Shown: positions 56,762 through 64,000 of the stretch, piece after piece
Layout of the letters: each line of letters opens with the position of its first letter
Position numbering within the stretch: the stretch's first letter is position 1
DNA from: Armatimonadetes bacterium CG06_land_8_20_14_3_00_66_21
GTDB taxonomy: Bacteria; Armatimonadota; Abditibacteriia; CG2-30-66-41
Assembly (NCBI GenBank): GCA_002779825.1
Contig: PEVN01000374.1
Location: 448 to 64,447, forward strand
Length of the DNA: 64,000 bases
Reading direction: 5' to 3'
Notes under the pieces: generated by a model
Told to the model about the DNA's origin: nothing
The model's database searches: none
The model's input: only the letters and a program-made list of their open reading frames with translations
Position numbers and translations under genes: made by a program

Positions 56762-57305
56762 TACTTGCGGTCAGCTACCAGATGATACCAAACTGCACGA
56801 CCTGACGGTTGCCTCGGTTCGGTTCCACTTGGCACCCTCAGCGAGGCAACGAGGGCACAGTCGGCTCTCCCAGCCAAGTGCCGCGCTTCGACTTGCCGCT
56901 CCCTCGTGCGCTGTGCCGCCTGCCGTGCGCTCTGCGCCGTGTGCCGGCCGATTCCGCCCGGCGTGTCCTGACCTTCCCGGCGCTCTGCACGGATGAGCGG
57001 CTCCCTACAGAACCTCGGTGGCGACTGCGTGAGCCGCCGCGGCGACTGATCGGTCGCTGTGCGCCGCCTGCGCCCCCGCGCGCGCCGCTTGCCGAAGCCC
57101 GGATACCGCGTGCCCGGCGCTTGGCGAACGGCAGACAGCGAGCCGCCGGCCGGGCGAGCGGGCTGCCAAGCGGCCCCGGCGCTTGCGAAGGCCGTCCCCG
57201 AGAGCACACGTGGGGGCGCGGTCAACAAACCTGGCGGAGCAAGGACCTCGCCTCGCGCCCTTCGCGCTTGCAGAGATCACGGTCAGCCGCCAACCGCTCT
57301 CCCGC

Positions 57306-57713
57306 TCACCCAGACGCAGGGCTGACGCACGCCTCCGACAGCGCCGCCGCCAACTCCTCCGGCAACGCCAACGCCTTGCCAGTCGGGCTGATGCAGGCCA
57401 GTGTCACCTGCGCAGTCACGAGCTGGTCGCCGTTTGCCGCTCGACGTACGCGCTGCCCCATGGTGAACCGCACGCGGCGCACCCGCTCCACCCAGGTCTC
57501 AATCTCCACTTGATCGCCGAGAACGGCGGGGAAATGGTAGTCGATCTCGACGCGCACGACGGCGAAGATGAGACCTCGACGGGCGTACTCGGCGACTGAC
57601 GGACCCGCGCCGTCGAGCAGCTCTGTGCGCCCCATTTCGAGCCACCGCAGGTAGTTGGCGTGGTAGACGACGCCACCGGCGTCGGTGTCGGCGTAGTAGA
57701 CCTTCGTCTGCAT
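57306..57713 (-). CDS. YbgC/4HBT-family acyl-CoA thioesterase.
   Basis: ATG at 57713. MQTKVYYADTDAGGVVYHANYLRWLEMGRTELL. Confidence 0.85.
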   Translation of the reverse strand: MQTKVYYADTDAGGVVYHANYLRWLEMGRTELLDGAGPSVAEYARRGLIFAVVRVEIDYHFPAVLGDQVEIETWVERVRRVRFTMGQRVRRAANGDQLVTAQVTLACISPTGKALALPEELAAALSEACVSPASG

Positions 57714-57724
57714 CCGGGCCACCC

Positions 57725-59989
57725 TCACTTGCTGGTCATCACCCACACGCCGTCCCATTGCGCCGGCGGGTCGGCCTTGAGCTGCTCGCAACGCTGGACG
57801 TACATCCGCGCGCATTTGTCGCCGGGGTGGAGCCGCAAGGCGTCATGGAACTGCTTGATGGCGCCGTCCCAACTACCCGCGAAGTACAACTCGACGCCGC
57901 TGCGGAAGTGACCCAGCGCTTCGACCATGTTCGGGAAGGTCTCCGGCGTGTGGTAGTCGAGCACTTCGTAGACGCCCACCGGCTCCGTCTTCCCTTTGAC
58001 GACGACTTTGTCCACTTCGCGCGTGCGATACGTCGCCCGCAACTCGCGGAACGTGAGTTCACTGATGAGGAGCTGCGCTCCGTACTGCTTACAGGCGCTC
58101 TCCAGTCGCGACGCCACATTGACGCCGTCGCCGATGAGGGTGTAGTTCATGAACCGCGGCGAGCCGAGGTTGCCGAACACGACGCTGTCGGTGTTGAGGC
58201 CGATTCCGTGGTTGACGGGCTTGCGTCCCTCGCCGAGTCGCCGGGCGTTGTACGTAGCGAGTTCTGTCATCATCGAGAGCGCGGCACGCAGCGCCCGGTC
58301 GGGGTCGTCTTCGTGAGCCGAGGGACCGCCGAAGACGGCCATAATCGCGTCTCCCACGAACTTGTCCAGCACGCCGCCCTCGCTCTGGATGCACTCCACC
58401 ATGACGGTGAAGTACTCGTTCAGCAGGCTGACCGTGCCTTGGGCGCCCAACTCCTCGGTCAGGTCGGTGAAGCCGCGGATGTCGGAGAAGAGGATGGTGG
58501 CGATGCTGGCCGTGCCGCCCAACTCGCCGCTCTTCATCACCTCGTCGGCGCGGTTCGGGTCCATGTAGCGCGACATGGTGGACTTCAGGCGCTTGACCTC
58601 GCTCACGTCCTCGATCATGAGCATCGTGCCCAGGCGCTCAGCCTTGGCGCCGGTGAGCGGCAACACGGTGAGGTTCACGGACAGCTTGTCGCCGGTCGTC
58701 GCCAACTCCTCGTCCATGATCACGTCTTCGTTCCCCGTCTCCCAGACGGCACGCACGCGCTGGGCAACCCACTCGTTCGACTCGACGAAGAACTCGTCGA
58801 CCTGCGCCTCGACCACCGCGTCGCTGGCCACGCCCATCATGCGCAGGCCGGCGGTGTTGCAGGTCACGATCTTCCCGTCCTGATCGGTGGTGAGCACCGC
58901 GTTGGACATGCTCTCCAGAACGCTGTCGTTGTAGTTCTTCATGTTCTGGATGTCGTCGAACAGCTTGGCGTTCTCGACACCGATGGAGATCTGCGACGTG
59001 AAAGCGCTCAGCCGCGCCTCGTCCTCGGCCGTGAACGGCCCGCCGCGCTTGTTCAGCACCTGGGTCACGCCGATGGGCTTGCCTTCCTTGTTGAAGACGG
59101 GCATGCACAGGATGGACCGCGTGAAGAACCCGGTCTGCTTGTCAAACGACGGGTTGAACCGGAGGTCGGCGTACGCGTGGGGGATGTTGACCGGCTTCCG
59201 CGTCTGGAAGACTTCGCCGGCGATGCCGACGTGGTTGGGCAGCCGCAGTTGGGTCGAGCCCAGACCTTCACCGAGCACGGTGTACAGCTCATTGGTCTTC
59301 TCGTCGTTGACGAACAGCGTCGACCGCTCGGCGTCGAGCATCTTCGTGATGGCCGAGATGATCTTGTTCAGCAGCGGCCCCAGGTTGATCTCCGACGAAA
59401 CGCTGGAGACGACCTCGAGGAATTCCGCTTCCTGCTGCCGAGAGTGCTCGATCTGCTCCAGCACAAGGTGCGTCTGCAGGCCGATGGCTGCCTGCTGCGT
59501 GATGGCATCCAGGAGCGCCAAGTCGGACTCGGCGAACTGACCGTCCTTCTTGTTCAGCACTTGCGAAGCCCCGACGAGGTCGCCGTTGAGGTTACGCAGT
59601 GGGGCGCACAGGATGCTCTTCGTCCTGAACCCGGTCCGCCGGTCGAAGTCATCCAGGAAGCGCTCGTCGGCGTAGGCGTCAGCGATGATCGCGCCCTCCC
59701 CGGTAGTGAACGACCAACCCGCCACCCCGCGGTTGTTGAGCATGCGGATCTCGCGTCGCCATTCCCCCTGCGCCACGCGGGAGTACAGCTCCCCGGTCCG
59801 CTCGTCGTTCAGGAAGACGGTGCTCCGCTCCGCGTTCAGGTGCAGACTGAGCAAGTCGACAAGGCGCTCGAGTGCGGCGTCCAAGCTGTCTGCCCGCGTT
59901 AGCTCGTTGGTGATCGCCAGAAGCTGGCGGGGGGAGGCCGAGGGCTTCCGGGTGGGTCTTGTGGGCTTCGTCTGGTCTGCTGTGGACAT
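57725..59989 (-). CDS. GAF-GAF-PAS-sensor class III adenylate/guanylate cyclase with a TPR-like tail.
   Basis: Start at ATG 59989 (an in-frame GTG at 60013 is also possible). Two GAF regions (..SILCAPL.., ..SILCMPV..), a PAS-like segment, and a cyclase core (ATILFSDIRGFT..., FVGDAIMAVFG, GLNTDSVVFGNLG). Confidence 0.85.
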   Translation of the reverse strand: MSTADQTKPTRPTRKPSASPRQLLAITNELTRADSLDAALERLVDLLSLHLNAERSTVFLNDERTGELYSRVAQGEWRREIRMLNNRGVAGWSFTTGEGAIIADAYADERFLDDFDRRTGFRTKSILCAPLRNLNGDLVGASQVLNKKDGQFAESDLALLDAITQQAAIGLQTHLVLEQIEHSRQQEAEFLEVVSSVSSEINLGPLLNKIISAITKMLDAERSTLFVNDEKTNELYTVLGEGLGSTQLRLPNHVGIAGEVFQTRKPVNIPHAYADLRFNPSFDKQTGFFTRSILCMPVFNKEGKPIGVTQVLNKRGGPFTAEDEARLSAFTSQISIGVENAKLFDDIQNMKNYNDSVLESMSNAVLTTDQDGKIVTCNTAGLRMMGVASDAVVEAQVDEFFVESNEWVAQRVRAVWETGNEDVIMDEELATTGDKLSVNLTVLPLTGAKAERLGTMLMIEDVSEVKRLKSTMSRYMDPNRADEVMKSGELGGTASIATILFSDIRGFTDLTEELGAQGTVSLLNEYFTVMVECIQSEGGVLDKFVGDAIMAVFGGPSAHEDDPDRALRAALSMMTELATYNARRLGEGRKPVNHGIGLNTDSVVFGNLGSPRFMNYTLIGDGVNVASRLESACKQYGAQLLISELTFRELRATYRTREVDKVVVKGKTEPVGVYEVLDYHTPETFPNMVEALGHFRSGVELYFAGSWDGAIKQFHDALRLHPGDKCARMYVQRCEQLKADPPAQWDGVWVMTSK

Positions 59990-60012
59990 GCTGTCTCTCC
60001 GCGAAGGACGCA

Positions 60013-60951
60013 CTACGCCGGCCCGCTTGGCGAAGCGTCCGGCTGCTGTTCCTCGATCAGGGCCGCTGCGGCCGGGGGCCCCGTTTCCGGCGACGCCGGT
60101 AAGCGTTCCAGGTGCCGCCGCAGGTCTTGCACCGTCCCCTGCAACTGCCGGTTCTGGTTGGCGGCCTGGGTCAGCGCGTGTTGGACCCGCTCTTCCTCGC
60201 CGGCCCGGAACTGCTCCAGCTCCTGCCGGAGCGTCGCGACCGTCTCGCAGAGCTGCCGATTTTCGGCCGCGGCTTGGGCGACCGCCTGCTGACGACGTTC
60301 CTCTTCGCCGATGCCAGAGTCCACCAACTTGCCGCGCAGGCTTACCAGCGCGTCCGCGAGCTGGCGGTTCTCGCCGGCCACCTCGGCGACGGCCCGCTGA
60401 ATGCGCTCTTCCTCGACGATGCGGACATTCTCCAACTCGTGTCGCAGGCTATCGACCGTCTCCCGTAGCTGCCGATTCTCGGCGTCCGCGTTGGCGACGG
60501 CGTGCTGGAGGCGGTCCTCCTCGCCGATGCGGAAGCTCTCCAGCTCCTGCCGAAGGCTGGTCACGGTCTGCGCCAGTTGCCGGTTCTCCGCGGCAACCTG
60601 AGCGACTGCGCGTTGGAGGCGGTCCTCTTCGCCGAGGCGAACGCTTTCCAGCTCTTGGCGAAGGCTCGATATTGTGTGCGTGAGCTGCCGATTCTCCGCC
60701 GTCTGCTCCGCGACCGCAAGGCGAACGCCGTCCTCCACCCCAAAACGGGCCTTCTCCAACTGCTCCCGTAAGGCAGCGATGGTCGCCTTGAGTTGGCTGA
60801 TCTCACCCGTTGCTTGGGCGACCGTTTCCTGCACGTGCTGCTGTTCGCGCGCGGAGGCGTCTTCCAGTGCGACGCGCAACGCAGCGACCGACCCGACGAG
60901 CTGGCGGTTCTCTTGTGCTACGTGGTCGTCGGTTGGGCGTTGGTCACTCAT
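60013..60951 (-). CDS. Coiled-coil protein built from about 8 tandem 36-aa repeats.
   Basis: Repeat unit A-ENRQL-x3-(V/I)-x-SLRQELE-x-(F/V)R-x-GEE(D/E)R(L/I)Q-x-AVA. The stop (60013-60015) abuts or overlaps the possible start of the cyclase gene. Confidence 0.75.
   Translation of the reverse strand: MSDQRPTDDHVAQENRQLVGSVAALRVALEDASAREQQHVQETVAQATGEISQLKATIAALREQLEKARFGVEDGVRLAVAEQTAENRQLTHTISSLRQELESVRLGEEDRLQRAVAQVAAENRQLAQTVTSLRQELESFRIGEEDRLQHAVANADAENRQLRETVDSLRHELENVRIVEEERIQRAVAEVAGENRQLADALVSLRGKLVDSGIGEEERRQQAVAQAAAENRQLCETVATLRQELEQFRAGEEERVQHALTQAANQNRQLQGTVQDLRRHLERLPASPETGPPAAAALIEEQQPDASPSGPA
60081..60915 (-). repeat. Coding tandem repeat with an exact 108-bp period, 8 units.
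   Basis: The plus-strand anchor CTGCCG(G/A)TTCTC and its variants start at 60145, 60253, 60361, 60469, 60577, 60685, 60793 and 60901. Every interval is exactly 108 bp. Confidence 0.85.
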
Positions 60952-61176
60952 GGCGGGCCGTGCAATGGTGTAGGCGAGGCGCGAATGCGCCCCGCAGTGT
61001 CCCCTCGTTCCCGGAGCGCGGTTCGGTCATCATACTGCCCGCGGGCAGGAGTGTCAACCGACGGCCTTGGCGCCGGTTGAAGGTGTTCCGCCCAGTATGG
61101 GCGAACCACAAGTAGAGAGGTCCCGTCGGGGACTCGCACTACCGGACGAACCAGAAGGCCCCAGAGGAGTCGTGAC

Positions 61177-62523
61177 ATGCTTTCCCTTGGCACCCTTGGC
61201 ATTGTTTTCGTGCTGTTCGCGGCCGTTACCGCCTGTTCCGCCGAAGACGCCGGCGCACAAGGCTGGACCGCTTCGGCTGCCCTTCTGAAGGAGCTCTCCC
61301 AGCGCCCGCCCGACGCTCTGTACGAGGAGGAGAGGGTCCCCAGCTACGTGCTCCCCGACCCACTGGTCTTGGTGGACGGCACCCGGGTCACCGACGCCCA
61401 GACGTGGCGCGACAAACGCCGCCCCGAGATCCTGGAGCTCTTCCGCACACACATGTACGGCCGCGCGCCAGTCGGTCGGCCCGCAGGGATGGCGTTCGAC
61501 GTGTTCGACACCGAACGGAACGCGCTGGCCGGCAAGGCGACGCGCAAGCAGGTCCGCGTCAACTTCACCGGGAAGCCTGACGGTCCCGCTATGGACTTGC
61601 TCGTGTACCTGCCCAATGGCGCGAAGGGCCCGGTGCCGACGTTCGTCCTGCTCAACTTCGGCGGCAACCACACGGTGTGCGCCGACCCGGCGATTCGCCT
61701 CACCGCAAGCTGGACGCGGGACGACAAGTCCGGCAATCGTGCGACGGACGCGCAACGCGGCTCGGCTTCCTCGCGCTTCCCGTTGGCCGCAATCCTGGCG
61801 CGTGGATACGCTGTCGCGACCGCCTACTCCGGGGACATCGACCCCGACTTCGACGACGGCTTCAAGAACGGTGTGCAGCCGGCGTTCGACAAGCTCGTGG
61901 AAGGCAAGCGCCCGCCCGACGCCTGGGGCTCCATTGCGGCCTGGGCGTGGGGGCTCAGCCGCGCAATGGACTACTTCGAGACTGACAGCGACCTCGACGC
62001 AAAGCACGTCGCCGTGCTCGGGCATTCGCGCCTTGGGAAGACCTCCCTCTGGGCCGGCGCCGAGGAGGAGCGGTTCGCGATGGTCATCAGCAACGACTCC
62101 GGCTGTGGCGGAGCGGCGCTCAGCCGCCGAGCCTACGGCGAGACCGTGGCGCGCATCAACAAGTCCTTCCCGCACTGGTTCTGCGGCAACTTCAAGCAGT
62201 ACGGGGGGAGCGAAGGCGAGCTGCCCCTCGACCAGCACCTGCTCCTCGCCCTGGCAGCCCCGCGCCCCGTCTACGTCGCCAGCGCCGACCAGGACCTGTG
62301 GGCGGACCCGCGCGGAGAGTTCCTGTCATGCGTAGGCGCCGACCCCGTCTACAAGCTCCTGGGCACCCCAGGCTTACCGACCGACCAGATGCCGCCGCTG
62401 GACCACCCCGTCATGGGCACCGTCGGCTACCACGTCCGCACCGGCGGACACGCCCTCAGCGAGTACGACTGGGAGCGGTACATGGACTTTGCGGACAGGC
62501 ACTTCGGGAGCACGGCGCGGTGA
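61177..62523 (+). CDS. Carbohydrate esterase family 15 glucuronoyl esterase.
   Basis: Signal peptide MLSLGTLGIVFVLFAAVTACSA. AAWAWGLSRAMDY.., the catalytic Ser block VLGHSRLGKTSLWAGA, ISNDSGCGGAALSRR, and C-terminal YHVRTGGHAL. Confidence 0.75.
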   Translation: MLSLGTLGIVFVLFAAVTACSAEDAGAQGWTASAALLKELSQRPPDALYEEERVPSYVLPDPLVLVDGTRVTDAQTWRDKRRPEILELFRTHMYGRAPVGRPAGMAFDVFDTERNALAGKATRKQVRVNFTGKPDGPAMDLLVYLPNGAKGPVPTFVLLNFGGNHTVCADPAIRLTASWTRDDKSGNRATDAQRGSASSRFPLAAILARGYAVATAYSGDIDPDFDDGFKNGVQPAFDKLVEGKRPPDAWGSIAAWAWGLSRAMDYFETDSDLDAKHVAVLGHSRLGKTSLWAGAEEERFAMVISNDSGCGGAALSRRAYGETVARINKSFPHWFCGNFKQYGGSEGELPLDQHLLLALAAPRPVYVASADQDLWADPRGEFLSCVGADPVYKLLGTPGLPTDQMPPLDHPVMGTVGYHVRTGGHALSEYDWERYMDFADRHFGSTAR

Positions 62524-62607
62524 GGCGGAGGTGAAGGAGGGGGAGTTCGCGAACGGACACGAGTTCTGCGCCGTCGGCTCACTTGCGGCGCGAGCGGGAA
62601 CAAGCCC

Positions 62608-62721
62608 TTACGAGTAGACGCCATGCACACCGCCGAGCATCAGCCCGGGACAGGTGCCCACGCAGCACCCGTCCTCGTCGGACCACTCGACGATCTTCAG
62701 GTAGCGATCACTTGGCTTCAT
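62608..62721 (-). pseudogene. Truncated HicB-like antitoxin remnant.
   Basis: ATG at 62721. MKPSDRYLKIVEWSDEDGCCVGTCPGLMLGGVHG matches the N-terminus of a common HicB-like family, but the ORF stops after 37 aa. No hicA gene is nearby. Confidence 0.5.
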
Positions 62722-64000
62722 CTGTGCACTCCTTGAGCGCCCGTCGGGCATCCCGCTCCTGGCACGCCTTCGCGTCGTCGCCTGCACCACGGCCGCGTGC
62801 GTTGCGAGCTACCGCTTGCCGCCCGCGCCCCTCCTCCCCTTCCTCAGCGTCCTTCGCCCGCCTCGCCGCCGCCTTGTCCGACGCCGCTGCCAGCGCGCGC
62901 GCTTCGGCGGCGTGTTTCTTCATCTGCGCAACCGTCTTCACCTCAATCCGGGCAGCGCCCTTCCCGGTGCGCGTGCCTAACGGCTTCTCGGTGGCGAGGC
63001 GCTTCTTTGCCTTGGGAATGTCCTTCTTGTACTGCGGAAGCCACTTGGCCTGGGCGACGACCATTTCGTCCACCATCTGCCAGACCTCGTTGGGATCGCA
63101 GACGGCAGCGGTTAGCGGGTCGTGAAGCAGGGCCTGTTTGAGCAGCGTCAGGTCGCCTGTGGCGGCGGCCTTCACGGCCATGCGCTGGACATTGACGCTG
63201 GCGGAAAGGGTGGCGTGGCAGGCCAACGGCAGGTCGCCGACTACAGGGATGTTGATGCCGTTCGCATCGAGGTAGCCGGGCACCTCGACAATGCAGTCGT
63301 CGGCCAAGTTCGAAAGGACGCCGTTGTTGCGGACGTTGAAGTGCCCGCGGTAGCAGCGGCCGGTCTCCAGCGCTTCGAGGATGTAGCTGCCGTGCTCGGT
63401 GCCTCGCGTCTCCGGGGCGAGGGTCTCGCCCGGCGCTTCGAGCCACTGGGGGAAGTCTGTCTCGAACCAGTTCCGGCCCTCAATGCAGACGCGCAGGTAG
63501 CCGCCGGTTTCGCCGTTGATCCAACTGTCTGTGGAGATCCAGTCCTTGATCTCCTTCGGGCGCTTGCGGTACCACGGCACGTACTCGGAGACGTGTCCGT
63601 TGGATTCGGTGGTGTAGTAGCCAAACCGCCGCAGGATGTCGAGGCGGACCTTCTCCGTCTTGCAGAATACTGGGTGGCTCTCGAACGCCTTCAGCAGTTC
63701 GTCGCCGCTGACCAGTCGGCCCTTGTACTTCACCTGCAGGTACCACGTCTGGTGGTTGATGCCCGCGCAGATGAGGTCCACTTCTTTGTGGCTCTTCGCG
63801 CCAAGGGCCGCCGCGATCTGGTGCCAGCCGCCTTCGACGCCGTGGCACAAGCCGAGCGTGTTGACGCCGCCGTACTCGATGGCGGCCCAGGTGTTCATGG
63901 CGTTGGGGTTGGCGTAGTTGAGGAACAGCACGTCCGGTTTGGATACTTCGCGCATGTCCTTGCAGAAGTCGAGCACGCACGGGATGTTGCGCTGCCCGTA
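62708..64000 (-). CDS. Glycoside hydrolase family 4, second copy. The N-terminus lies beyond the window, and the C-terminus carries a charged low-complexity tail.
   Basis: The frame is open to the window end. NYANPNAMNTW, GLCHGVEG and INHQTW match the first GH4. The last ~70 aa or so are Ala/Arg/Glu/Lys-rich. Confidence 0.8.
   Translation of the reverse strand, partial: YGQRNIPCVLDFCKDMREVSKPDVLFLNYANPNAMNTWAAIEYGGVNTLGLCHGVEGGWHQIAAALGAKSHKEVDLICAGINHQTWYLQVKYKGRLVSGDELLKAFESHPVFCKTEKVRLDILRRFGYYTTESNGHVSEYVPWYRKRPKEIKDWISTDSWINGETGGYLRVCIEGRNWFETDFPQWLEAPGETLAPETRGTEHGSYILEALETGRCYRGHFNVRNNGVLSNLADDCIVEVPGYLDANGINIPVVGDLPLACHATLSASVNVQRMAVKAAATGDLTLLKQALLHDPLTAAVCDPNEVWQMVDEMVVAQAKWLPQYKKDIPKAKKRLATEKPLGTRTGKGAARIEVKTVAQMKKHAAEARALAAASDKAAARRAKDAEEGEEGRGRQAVARNARGRGAGDDAKACQERDARRALKECTDEAK

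Noticed and set aside
56809-57513. Track ORFs filling the 56.8-57.3 kb gap (56809..57513(+), 56761..57228(-), 56838..57209(-)).
   Set aside because: All are Arg/Pro/Ala-rich with no motifs, overlap one another in several frames, and the first runs antisense into the thioesterase gene. They are treated as non-coding.
57725-60013. GAF-cyclase considered as a CBASS/Pycsar-like defence cyclase.
   Set aside because: It is a class III cyclase with GAF and PAS sensory domains and a TPR-like tail, which is typical of housekeeping signalling. No effector gene (TIR, patatin-like or TM-effector type) is associated with it.
60081-60915. Regular 108-bp repeat array considered as a possible CRISPR or other non-coding array.
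   Set aside because: The units are contiguous with no unique spacers, are diverged at the DNA level but conserved as a 36-aa heptad-like protein repeat, and lie in a single long ORF. This is a coding tandem repeat.

Overview
GC-rich bacterial chromosome segment. The gene content suggests an uncultivated PVC/Planctomycetota-like glycan degrader: PSCyt-type CxxCH modules, DUF1080, a sulfatase-like gene, HEAT-repeat, Gfo/Idh/MocA and xylose-isomerase-like TIM genes, several uroporphyrinogen-decarboxylase-like paralogs, and AGGAGG ribosome-binding sites. That taxonomic placement is inference only.

The window alternates between two kinds of content.

(a) Conserved housekeeping blocks:
- rplU-rpmA-obg-proB
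- tRNA-Gln, then prs-rplY(ctc)-pth
- yabE-like-rsmA-ispE

(b) Carbohydrate-utilisation and envelope loci:
- a HlyD + 2 ABC ATPase + 2 ABC-2 permease exporter
- secreted CBM-bearing glycoside hydrolases
- a heparinase II/III-like lyase
- a sulfatase-like enzyme
- a sialate-O-acetylesterase-like esterase
- a CE15 glucuronoyl esterase
- two GH4 enzymes
- an MFS transporter
- two amidohydrolase-2 genes
- three URO-D-like genes
- a DegT/Gfo/RfbF sugar-amination set

I found no rRNA, CRISPR array, transposase, integrase or recognisable defence system, and I cannot point to a convincingly novel multi-gene system. The observations that most deserve a second look are:
1. A 32-bp imperfect inverted repeat flanking 85 bp inside an exported CBM9-like gene. 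One arm carries an in-frame TAA.
2. A small decaying islet at 10.7-12.4 kb with two frame-disrupted genes, one broken at a C6/G6 homopolymer.
3. Three URO-D-like and two amidohydrolase-2 genes (both decarboxylase-capable families) embedded in loci that look like uronate-glycan utilisation loci.
4. A protein of 8 exactly phased 108-bp (36-aa) coiled-coil repeats, abutting a GAF-PAS adenylate/guanylate cyclase gene.
5. Several short repeat or palindrome arrays in promoter regions, and a long hairpin between the two permease genes.

Many long ORFs in the supplied track are antisense shadow ORFs of the GC-rich coding strand and were not called.
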